From Prochloraceae cyanobacterium PL24a_bin.78 (lineage in GTDB: Bacteria; Cyanobacteriota; Cyanobacteriia; Cyanobacteriales; JANQIW01): a stretch of DNA of 64,000 nucleotides. A program made the position numbers and the translations under genes. Under the pieces are notes generated by a model. That model had not been told where the DNA came from and made no database searches. It was given only the letters and a program-made list of their open reading frames with translations. Location of the stretch: contig JANQIW010000037.1 of assembly GCA_028281945.1 (NCBI GenBank), positions 494-64,493 on the forward strand. Direction: 5' to 3'. Positions 39,961-48,255 of the stretch are shown piece after piece. The number at the start of each line of letters is the position of its first letter. The stretch's first letter is position 1.

Positions 39961-40686
39961 ATGAAAAGACTCCTTACTTTTATCTATGGAATCATTGCCT
40001 ACTTAATATTTTTCATAACTTTTCTTTATTTGATTGGTTTTGTTGAAAATCTAATTGTCCCTAAATCTCTAGATTCAAATGGAAATGGAAACTTTATTGT
40101 AGCATTGTTAATTGATTTGGGATTAATTGGTTTATTTGGACTTCAGCATAGTGGTATGGCACGTCCGAGATTTAAGCAATGGTGGGACAAAATTGTACCT
40201 AAACATCTCGAAAGAAGCACTTATGTTTTGTTGGCTTCACTAATGTTAATTTTGCTATTTTGGCAATGGCAACCTTTAGGAGGTATAGTTTGGCAAATAT
40301 CTAATCCAACTTTGATTTACATCATCTACGGAATTTCTGCTGTAGGTTGGCTAATAGTTTTGGCAAGTACCTTTTTAATCAACCATTTTGATCTGTTTGG
40401 ATTAAGGCAAGTTTATCTATATTTTATAGGGAAAGAATATATAAATTTGGAATTTCAGACTATTGGGTTATATAATTATATACGTCATCCTTTAATGTTA
40501 GGATTTTTAATCGCTTTTTGGGCTACCCCAACAATGACAATTACCCATTTATTTTTTGCTATTGGTATGAGTATTTATGTTATAATTGCAATTTACTTAG
40601 AAGAGAAAGATTTAATCGATATTTATGGCACTTTGTATGAAGAATATAAAGAACGAGTTTCTATGCTAATTCCTCGAATTTTATGA
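39961..40686 (+). CDS. mddA: ICMT/PEMT-type membrane methyltransferase, methanethiol S-methyltransferase (MddA)-like
   Basis: 241 aa and polytopic. FITFLYLIGFVENLIVPK, LQHSGMARPRFKQWW, INHFDLFGLRQ, RHPLMLGFLIAFWATPTMT and LEEKDL resemble MddA as I recall it. Confidence 0.55.
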   Translation: MKRLLTFIYGIIAYLIFFITFLYLIGFVENLIVPKSLDSNGNGNFIVALLIDLGLIGLFGLQHSGMARPRFKQWWDKIVPKHLERSTYVLLASLMLILLFWQWQPLGGIVWQISNPTLIYIIYGISAVGWLIVLASTFLINHFDLFGLRQVYLYFIGKEYINLEFQTIGLYNYIRHPLMLGFLIAFWATPTMTITHLFFAIGMSIYVIIAIYLEEKDLIDIYGTLYEEYKERVSMLIPRIL

Positions 40687-40692
40687 TTTTTC

Positions 40693-41055
40693 TTACTTTA
40701 AAGGGATATAGCTGATAAAATTTCTATACCTTTCAGCATCACTGGTTTGAGCAATTAAAACCAAATTATTGATTATTTCCCCAATAGTAAATTTTTTTCG
40801 CAAAACAAAGATTCCACAACAATAATCATATTGTTTTAAATGTTCTGCTAAATGAACTGGCATAGAAGTACGGTTATTTGTAACAATAATAAAGTCATTT
40901 TTTTGACACCAGATTAATATTTCAGGATCTAATGTACTTTTAGGAGGAGCATTTGGATCACCAATAGTAATAACTGTTAGATTCGGTAAATGGCGCAATA
41001 ACCCTTCTTTATAGAGAGGCGATAAGTTTTCATCGATTAAATACTTAATTTTCAT
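40693..41055 (-). CDS. DUF5615 (PIN-like, Mut7-C-related) putative toxin
   Basis: 120 aa with the MKIKYLIDENLSP start. Overlaps the upstream DUF433 gene by 4 nt (ATGA). Confidence 0.65.
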   Translation of the reverse strand: MKIKYLIDENLSPLYKEGLLRHLPNLTVITIGDPNAPPKSTLDPEILIWCQKNDFIIVTNNRTSMPVHLAEHLKQYDYCCGIFVLRKKFTIGEIINNLVLIAQTSDAERYRNFISYIPLK

Positions 41056-41375
41056 ATAATTTGCCGGTTTTGGGCTTTAAGCTTTGCTAACTTAACAAGA
41101 TGAGGAGGTGGATTTTCGTCAAATTGCCTTTCTGATTCCTCACAATATTGTAACCAATCTGCCATATATTGAGTTACTTTGCCTTGGTAGTGTAAAAAAT
41201 ATATAATAGTAGCATAAACTTGCTCTAATGTAATAGTTGGATATGTATGGGCGATGGTTTCTGGAGATTTACGATCGTAGATATAGTCATACAAAACCGT
41301 TTCAATACCCACTCTTGTTCCTTTTAAGCGAATATCATTGTCCGCTAAAAAATCAAAATAGTCTTCAAGTTGCAC
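41052..41375 (-). CDS. DUF433 domain protein (putative antitoxin partner)
   Basis: 107 aa. IRLKGTRVGIETVLYDY....SPETIAHTYPTITLEQVYATIIYF matches the DUF433 pattern. Confidence 0.65.
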   Translation of the reverse strand: MQLEDYFDFLADNDIRLKGTRVGIETVLYDYIYDRKSPETIAHTYPTITLEQVYATIIYFLHYQGKVTQYMADWLQYCEESERQFDENPPPHLVKLAKLKAQNRQII

Positions 41376-41588
41376 AATTAAACCTCACATTAAAAATTAG
41401 ATGGAATTTTCTAGATAGAAATTTCTAGATTTAAATATAAATATCTTAATTATTATAACATCACCATAGTCTTGATATAACACATCCTTAAACCTCAAAA
41501 TCCAATGTATCGATGGAATTATAAAAAGGAGAATTTCCAAGATGGTTGATTATTTAATTGCTGATAAAAACTTGCTTATAAAAACCAA

Positions 41589-41686
41589 AGGATCCGGAGA
41601 CCACGCCTATTCCAAGCATCCCGTATTGCTGCTACCTTCCGGTCCTGACAAGGTTAGGGCGTTGTAATCGCATGGGTCCGAATCAA
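41589..41686 (-). ncRNA. ffs: signal recognition particle RNA (small bacterial 4.5S type)
   Basis: The minus strand reads ...CUUGUCAGGACCGGAAGGUAGCAGCAAUACGGGAUGC..., which is the conserved domain IV GGAA-tetraloop motif (E. coli: GUCAGGUCCGGAAGGAAGCAGC). The 5' GAUUCGGACC pairs with the 3' GGUCUCCGGAUC to close the helix. Confidence 0.8.
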
Positions 41687-41739
41687 ATCTATTATAACCA
41701 AAATCAAATCAAAATGTCAACTAATTTACCAAACAAATA

Positions 41740-42006
41740 CTATTGAACCACCACGCACCATTGGTGAAGCTCGTATTTGACGCAATTATTGATTATCAAA
41801 GGATCTTCTTCCACAATAGCCTTAGCCTCTTCCATAGAAGCAGCTTCAAATAAAAGCATTCCTCCTTCAGCTTCTGCCCAATAACCAGTTTTAGCCTTAT
41901 GGCCTTTAGCGATTAAATCTTTAACATAAGCGGTATGGGCGGGTACATAAGTATCAAAGATCTTTTTCTCTACGATACCTTCTTCAATCTTGACAAACCA
42001 GGGCAT
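41740..42006 (-). CDS. YciI family protein
   Basis: 88 aa. AHTAYVKDLIAKG......GG.LLFEAASMEEAKAIVEEDPLI...V.YELHQW fits the YciI pattern. Confidence 0.7.
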   Translation of the reverse strand: MPWFVKIEEGIVEKKIFDTYVPAHTAYVKDLIAKGHKAKTGYWAEAEGGMLLFEAASMEEAKAIVEEDPLIINNCVKYELHQWCVVVQ

Positions 42007-42071
42007 TGTATTATATTAGTAATAGTATAAATTGTACCAGTCTTTATTAGTAATAGTATATTAATTAGTCC

Positions 42072-42638
42072 ATGGTGGTTACTAGCAAACAATTATTTTT
42101 TATCGCCCTACTTCCTCCAGAAGAAGTACAACAGAAAGCTAATGAGATTAAAGAGCATTTTAGTCAAGTTTACAATAGTAAAGCTGCTTTAAAATCTCCT
42201 CCTCATGTTACTTTACAACCACCTTTTAAATGGGAATTGGAAAAGTTAGCTATTTTAGAGGAAAAACTACAGGAATTTGCCATAAATCAAGTTTCAATTC
42301 CGATGATTCTTGATGGTTTTGGTGCTTTTAAACCAAGAGTTATTTACATTAATGTCTTAAAAACACCGGAACTTATGGCTGTGCAAAAACAGTTAATGAA
42401 GGATTTAGAATTATCATTAAATCTTGTGGATCCAGTTTCTAAAACCCGCCCGTTTTCTCCCCATCTAACAGTAGGATTTAGGGATTTAACTAAGGAGAAT
42501 TTTTATAAAGCATGGTCAGAATTTAAAGAGGGTAAATTTTATTTTCAATTTACCATACCAAAATTAACTCTTTTAATCCATAATGGCAAACGCTGGGAAA
42601 TCCAAAATGAGTTTGATTTTCTAACTAATATTAATTAG
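42072..42638 (+). CDS. 2H phosphoesterase superfamily protein (2'-5' RNA ligase / cyclic phosphodiesterase-like)
   Basis: 188 aa with two HxT motifs (PHVTLQPPF and PHLTVGF) at the expected spacing. Confidence 0.75.
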   Translation: MVVTSKQLFFIALLPPEEVQQKANEIKEHFSQVYNSKAALKSPPHVTLQPPFKWELEKLAILEEKLQEFAINQVSIPMILDGFGAFKPRVIYINVLKTPELMAVQKQLMKDLELSLNLVDPVSKTRPFSPHLTVGFRDLTKENFYKAWSEFKEGKFYFQFTIPKLTLLIHNGKRWEIQNEFDFLTNIN

Positions 42639-42844
42639 GATTAATAATTAATTATTGATCATAAAAGAGATTCTATTTTGGGATTTTTAGTCCATATTTT
42701 TTGTTGTTTAATTTTAGCAAATATCTAATAATATTAATAATTATTTGTCAGTTATTAGCTAAAGTTATTAATTTAATTTCAGCCATTATTTAGTAGATCA
42801 AAAATAGATTATAAATTTCAATTCCATCAGCAAAAGAAAAGATA

Positions 42845-43666
42845 ATGAATAAAAGTAAAAGACATTTAATAGCAAATCAAACTCTAGAAATTTTAAAAAC
42901 AGGAAAATATTGGTTTAAAGATAGGCAAATTGATTTAAGTAATGATTTATCTAGGTGTTATGATTATACCTATTCTTCACCATATAACGAAAATATAGAA
43001 ATAGAAATAGAAAAACACTATGAAAAAACCATTTTTACAGTAGAGGAAGAAACAACTTTAAATGGAATAGAATATGCCAACAAAAAATATTCCCAAATAG
43101 GAGTATTAAATTTTGCTTCAGCCAAAAACCCCGGTGGTGGTTTTCTCAAAGGTAGTCAAGCACAAGAAGAAAGTTTAGCGAGATCTTCAGGGCTTTATAA
43201 TAGCCTTATTTTATGTCGAGATTACTATGAATACCATCGACATCAGGGAAATCTTTTATATTCAGATTATATGATAGTCTCACCAAATGTACCTTTTTTT
43301 AGAACTGATGAAGGAGAATTACAAGAAAATCCTATTTTGTGTACGGTATTTACTTCCCCTGCTGTTAATAAAGGTGCAATAAAAAATCAAAAAATTTATC
43401 CTCAAATTTACCCAACAATGATTAAAAGAACTAAAAAATTACTTTCTTTAGCTTATCAAGAAAAAGTAGAAATTCTCATTTTAGGTGCGTGGGGATGTGG
43501 AGTGTTTCAAAATAATCCCAAAGAAATTGCTAATATTTTTTACGAGGTAATCATGGCAGATTTTATGGGTGCATTTCAAGAAATCAGATTTTCCATTTTA
43601 GATAAAACCCAAGGTAAAACTACATTAAAACCTTTTCAAGATTATTTTCTAGCAATGAATCATTGA
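42845..43666 (+). CDS. TIGR02452/DUF2263 family macro-domain-related (microbial PARG-like) protein
   Basis: 273 aa. GVLNFASAKNPGGGFLKGSQAQEESLARSSGLY and LGAWGCGVF signatures. Confidence 0.75.
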   Translation: MNKSKRHLIANQTLEILKTGKYWFKDRQIDLSNDLSRCYDYTYSSPYNENIEIEIEKHYEKTIFTVEEETTLNGIEYANKKYSQIGVLNFASAKNPGGGFLKGSQAQEESLARSSGLYNSLILCRDYYEYHRHQGNLLYSDYMIVSPNVPFFRTDEGELQENPILCTVFTSPAVNKGAIKNQKIYPQIYPTMIKRTKKLLSLAYQEKVEILILGAWGCGVFQNNPKEIANIFYEVIMADFMGAFQEIRFSILDKTQGKTTLKPFQDYFLAMNH

Positions 43667-43878
43667 GAATTTGTGAATCTTATTTTAATTTTAATGTTTA
43701 TGATGGCAATCATATCTCAAAATAGACTTTTATAAGAGGTTTATTCTTCAAGAAGAAAGTATTTAAAATACAAGGTAAAATTAACTTATAAAAGTTAGAA
43801 GAAGTTGAATTCCTAATGCAAGATTGAATTAAATAACCTCAATTATTTTTCTTTTAGCAAAACATTAATGGATTAGGG

Positions 43879-45597
43879 ATGAAAAAAGTCCAAAAAATAG
43901 AAAAGCCATCTTTAATTAACAAAAAAACAAGGTGGGGAATATTATTTTTAATAGCAATATTAATATCTATTTATCAAACAGGAATCTTTCAAAAAGATAT
44001 CTTTAATCCAGGAGGATTATCATTACTCTGGCAATTTTTATCAGCTAGTTATCAACCTGATTTAACACCAGAATTTCTAAAACTAACTCTAGATGCAACA
44101 ATTACCACTTTAGCCTATGCTGTTTGTGGAACATTTCTCAGTATTCTAATAGGAATAATCGGTGGAATTTTCACCTCTCGAATCTGGTGGTTAACCCTAT
44201 TTCCTAATAAAAATACTCAAAATTTTTGGTTAGTAATTCGAGGATTATTAGCATTTCCTAGAGCAATTCATGAGGCAATTTGGGGTTTAATTTTGATTAA
44301 TATTTGGGGCTTAGATTCCTTGACAGCAATAGTGGCAATCGCTATACCTTTTGGGGCAATAGTTAGTAAAGTTTTCTCGGAAATCCTTGATGAAACCCCA
44401 CGAAAACCATTAATGGCATTACTAAATAGCGGAGTTGCACCTTTAATGGCATTTTTTTATACTTTAATTCCCCAAGCTTTTCTTAACTTAATTTCTTATA
44501 CATTTTATCGCTTTGAATGCTCTTTACGATCAGCATCTATCCTAGGAATAATAGGGGCGGGAGGATTGGGATATCAAATATTTTTAAGCTTACAATCTCT
44601 AAAATACCAACAATTATGGACCTTATTTTATGCTTTAATTTTATTAAATGGAATAGTAGATATTAGCAGTGCATTATTGCGTGAAAGATTAGGTTTTGCA
44701 AATCGAATTGATTTAAATTATCGGAGATTATCTAATCAAAATTCCTCTCAAAATTCGCCAAATTTTCAGCTAAAACAAGATGGATATTCTTGGATAATAG
44801 GATTAAATTTAGGACTAATATTATTAGTACCATTTTGCTTTTGGTATATTGCCCCAGATATTAGTAAAATAACTTCACCTCGTAGTTTAAAACTATTAGG
44901 AAATTTGCTAAAAGATGCCTTTCCTCTAGAAATTAATCTCCAAATTTTGCAGGAATTACTAACACTTTCAGGGCAAACCTTAGGTATGTCAATTTTAGCC
45001 ATATCTATAGCAGGAATAGGAGGAATACTGTTATCATTTCCAGCGGCTCATAATTTTTTCTTACCTGGTGGCTTATTCAATCCTAATTATCATAAAAAAA
45101 ACCTCAATTTAACTTGGATTCAAACTTGGTTAACCTTTATAATTACCAGACTATTTCTGTTAATTTGCCGATCCATACCTGCACCTATTGGGGCATTTAT
45201 ATTATTATTGATTTTCTTCCCTGGAATTTTACCGGGAGCCATGGCTTTAGGATTCCACAATTTAGGCATATTAGGGCGTTTAATGGCAGAAGTGACTGAA
45301 AATGTCGAAAAAAAACCCATTCAATCCTTAAAAGTTCAAGGAATATCAGCAGAGTTAGTATTTTTATATGGGGTATTGCCTATAACTCTACCACGATTTT
45401 TCGCATATATACTTTATCGTTGGGAAGTTTGCTTGCGAGAGACAATTATTGTAGGATTGGTAGGCGCAGGGGGTTTAGGTCGTTTATTGACAGAACAATC
45501 TACCAGTTTTGATTATGCTGGAATGTTTGTTACGTTGGGATGTTTTATGATTTTGACTTTTTTAGTAGATTGGGTGAGTGGGAAGATAAGAAAATAA
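43879..45597 (+). CDS. phnE: phosphonate ABC transporter permease, duplicated PhnE-PhnE fusion
   Basis: 572 aa with two tandem permease halves. One contains EILDETPRKPLMAL and the other EVTENVEKKPIQSL (EAA-loop regions). Confidence 0.75.
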   Translation: MKKVQKIEKPSLINKKTRWGILFLIAILISIYQTGIFQKDIFNPGGLSLLWQFLSASYQPDLTPEFLKLTLDATITTLAYAVCGTFLSILIGIIGGIFTSRIWWLTLFPNKNTQNFWLVIRGLLAFPRAIHEAIWGLILINIWGLDSLTAIVAIAIPFGAIVSKVFSEILDETPRKPLMALLNSGVAPLMAFFYTLIPQAFLNLISYTFYRFECSLRSASILGIIGAGGLGYQIFLSLQSLKYQQLWTLFYALILLNGIVDISSALLRERLGFANRIDLNYRRLSNQNSSQNSPNFQLKQDGYSWIIGLNLGLILLVPFCFWYIAPDISKITSPRSLKLLGNLLKDAFPLEINLQILQELLTLSGQTLGMSILAISIAGIGGILLSFPAAHNFFLPGGLFNPNYHKKNLNLTWIQTWLTFIITRLFLLICRSIPAPIGAFILLLIFFPGILPGAMALGFHNLGILGRLMAEVTENVEKKPIQSLKVQGISAELVFLYGVLPITLPRFFAYILYRWEVCLRETIIVGLVGAGGLGRLLTEQSTSFDYAGMFVTLGCFMILTFLVDWVSGKIRK

Positions 45598-45608
45598 TAA
45601 TCAATTTG

Positions 45609-45690
45609 TCTTTAACGACGATAGAGTTAAAGCCATCCAAAACCTGGTGATTTCTAAGCCAAAACCTATCTCTCTTATTATTTCTCCATT
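45609..45690 (-). repeat. MITE-like element, partial or solo end, copy G
   Basis: tctttaacgacgatagagttaaagccatccaaaacctggtgatttctaagccaaaac is collinear with copy B (4751-4810). The G/C-rich tandem core is absent. Confidence 0.55.
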
Positions 45691-45760
45691 AACATATATT
45701 TTTTATAGTATTATATGATAACTAAATATCTTGAAGATTTACTTTTTTATTCTTAATTAT

Positions 45761-46522
45761 CTATCCTTGATTTCCATACAAATCTTGAAGCATTGAAGAA
45801 GAAATATGTTGAGGAGGACTATCAAAAATAACTTTACCATGACGCAAACCGATAATACGATGGCAATGAGTACAAGCAAATTCAACATTATGCAAACTAA
45901 TAACTAAATTTATCCCTTTAAATATGTTCATATTCAAGAATAAATTCATAATATCTCTACTTAAGTGTGAGTCCAAACTAGAAATAGGTTCATCAGCCAA
46001 AATAACCAAAGGATTTTGAATTAAAACCCGCGCCAAAGCAACCCTTTGTTTTTGCCCGCCAGAAAGCTTGTAAGTAAATTCATAAAGCTTCTCAGGGATT
46101 CCCACCTTAGTTAAAGCAGCCATTGCCGTATCCACTTCCAAAGGGTTAATGAGAGAAACCAAAGCTTTAAAAAAAGACCAACGCCCTAAATGCCCAGCAT
46201 TAACATTATGAATTACCCTAAGATTTTCCACAAGATGTAATTCCTGATAGATAGTGCCGATTTTTTGTTGTAGTTGACGCAACTTTCGAGGAGATAATTG
46301 TTGAGGATTTGCGCCTAAGATGGAGATTTCCCCTGTGGTTGGCATTTGGCTACCATTAAGTAAATTCAAAAGAGTACTTTTACCTGCACCAGAAGATCCA
46401 ATCAATGCCACTCTTTCTCCCGGATAAATGGAGAGATTAATATCTTCTAAAGCTAGAAAATTACCAAATTTTTTACTTACTTGTTTTAACTGAAAAACTG
46501 GTAAATCTTGCTTTTGGCTCAT
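45761..46522 (-). CDS. phnC: phosphonate ABC transporter ATP-binding protein
   Basis: 253 aa. Walker A GSSGAGKST, signature LSGGQKQRVALAR, Walker B ILADEP. Confidence 0.85.
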   Translation of the reverse strand: MSQKQDLPVFQLKQVSKKFGNFLALEDINLSIYPGERVALIGSSGAGKSTLLNLLNGSQMPTTGEISILGANPQQLSPRKLRQLQQKIGTIYQELHLVENLRVIHNVNAGHLGRWSFFKALVSLINPLEVDTAMAALTKVGIPEKLYEFTYKLSGGQKQRVALARVLIQNPLVILADEPISSLDSHLSRDIMNLFLNMNIFKGINLVISLHNVEFACTHCHRIIGLRHGKVIFDSPPQHISSSMLQDLYGNQG

Positions 46523-46574
46523 TTTTCATTTTTAAATAAGGAGTTTCAATATTGATTAAAGATATCTACTTAAA

Positions 46575-46853
46575 TTACATATGAACTTTTAGATTCTTTT
46601 CTAATTGAATACGATATTGTTTCTCTCTATTGAGCCAAAATTCTGCCGTACTACCTAAAATTTTCTCTAGTAAAAAGGCAAGTTTTTGATCTATTGCAAC
46701 TTTGCCATCAATTAATTCGGTAATAAATTCAGTAGTGTAACCTAAGTTTTCTGCTAGTTGGTCTTTTGTCCAATTGTATTCTTCTAATAAATCAATAATA
46801 GTATTCCCTAGAGGTGAAATCCAATTAGGTGAAAATGATTTTAATTCAGTCAT
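46575..46853 (-). CDS. HigA-like XRE-family HTH antitoxin (orphan)
   Basis: 92 aa. ...LAENLGYTTEFITELIDGK..I....A..LEKILGSTAEFWLNREKQY matches the HigA pattern. No HigB-like ORF lies upstream. Confidence 0.65.
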   Translation of the reverse strand: MTELKSFSPNWISPLGNTIIDLLEEYNWTKDQLAENLGYTTEFITELIDGKVAIDQKLAFLLEKILGSTAEFWLNREKQYRIQLEKNLKVHM

Positions 46854-47106
46854 GATAGTCTTTTTTTGAAGATCTTATTCTAGTTTAACAAAAAATCAAA
46901 CTTTTATACTAACTTTTTACTGTCAAACCTAAAAGGAATAATAAAAATTTTGTCAGACAATCCGGTTATTTTTTACTTTATTAATTGGGAACTATTTATT
47001 TTATAGTTTCGTCAAAAAACAAGTCAGGGAAGAAAAGATTAACTAAAAAAATATTTATTAAATCCTCAACTAAAGATCTGAAATTAATCTCAGGAGGATA
47101 TCAATA

Positions 47107-47253
47107 ATGAATAAATCAAAAAATAAAATACTACTTAAAATATTTGTCTGGTTAATAGCAGAAATTATCCTCAATTTTGTTGGTTTAGATGATTTAGCCG
47201 ATTATAGTGAATATATTTTCGAGAAAAATCTTGTTATGATTAATACTCTGTAA
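47107..47253 (+). CDS. small (48 aa) single-TM protein, not in the ORF track
   Basis: MNKSKNKILLKIFVWLIAEIILNFVGLDDLADYSEYIFEKNLVMINTL. A strong AGGAGG lies 9 nt upstream of the ATG. Confidence 0.45.
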   Translation: MNKSKNKILLKIFVWLIAEIILNFVGLDDLADYSEYIFEKNLVMINTL

Positions 47254-47275
47254 TTATTAAACACTATATTAAAAA

Positions 47276-48199
47276 CTATTTAATTTTACCAATTTCTCTA
47301 CCAACTGCCTCAATTTGATTGTAATTGGCATTTTCAGTAGGAATAAACTTAACAGCACCAAATAAATCTAAAATTTCTTTCTCTTCTGGGATAGAGGAAT
47401 CCAATTCTAATAAAGCATTTTGTAGACGATCAATAAAATCATTTCCATAGCGATCTTTTACTTGAGGATTAATCACCCAATGATAATCATAATAAGGAGG
47501 AGTACGCCAAATTACTTGAACTTTATCGAGATCAACTTCTCCAGAATCGACTCTACTTTTCCAAACTTGCTCATTTAAAACCCCCACTTGATAAGCACCT
47601 GCTTCTACTAATTTAATAGTCTTATCATGGGACCCAGAAAATCCGACATTTCCCTTAAAATCCTCAAGATTAATACCTGCTTTTCCCAGAAAATACTGAG
47701 GCATTAAACGTCCAGAAGTTGAAGACTCACTACCAAAAGTCAAACTATATCCTTTAAGAGTTTTCAAATCATTAATCTCGGAAATAGGAACAATATTACT
47801 ACTTTTATTAGCAATAAAAACACTATGAAAATTAGCATCAATATCTCGCTGAGCGATAGCCTGGGCATTTTCAACCTGCAAACGGGCTTGTGTGCCTGTT
47901 AAACCCCCAAACCAAACAAAATCTAAATCTCCTACTCGAAAAGCCGTTACCGCCGCTGCATAATCTGTAACGGGTTTATACTCAACTGTTAAATCTAATT
48001 CTGCTTCTAGATAGTCAGTTAGCTTAGTATAGAGACGTTGCAACTTTTCTGGATCTTGATCTGGTATTGCACCTATCACTAAAGGTATTACATTAGTGTT
48101 ATTAGTATTAGAAGATAGGGTATCTGATGGGTTGGAAAAACAAGCTGTTAAAGGTAATAATAGGATTAAGGTTAATCCTTGACTTAAAAATTGTTTCAT
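47276..48199 (-). CDS. phnD: phosphate/phosphite/phosphonate ABC transporter substrate-binding lipoprotein
   Basis: 307 aa with lipobox LTAC. Also GAIPDQDPEKL, GDLDFVWFGGLT, and a YHW...P segment near the C-terminus. Confidence 0.8.
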   Translation of the reverse strand: MKQFLSQGLTLILLLPLTACFSNPSDTLSSNTNNTNVIPLVIGAIPDQDPEKLQRLYTKLTDYLEAELDLTVEYKPVTDYAAAVTAFRVGDLDFVWFGGLTGTQARLQVENAQAIAQRDIDANFHSVFIANKSSNIVPISEINDLKTLKGYSLTFGSESSTSGRLMPQYFLGKAGINLEDFKGNVGFSGSHDKTIKLVEAGAYQVGVLNEQVWKSRVDSGEVDLDKVQVIWRTPPYYDYHWVINPQVKDRYGNDFIDRLQNALLELDSSIPEEKEILDLFGAVKFIPTENANYNQIEAVGREIGKIK

Positions 48200-48255
48200 G
48201 GTTTTAAAAAAATTTCTTTATTACTAATTGTAATTAACTATTAAAAAAATTGTAT

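Noticed and set aside
41589-41686. A tRNA or tmRNA, because of the GC-rich patch ending in gggtccgaatc.
   Set aside because: There is no cloverleaf, no T-loop GTTCGAATC consensus and no CCA-adjacent acceptor pairing. The sequence instead carries the SRP domain IV motif on the minus strand.
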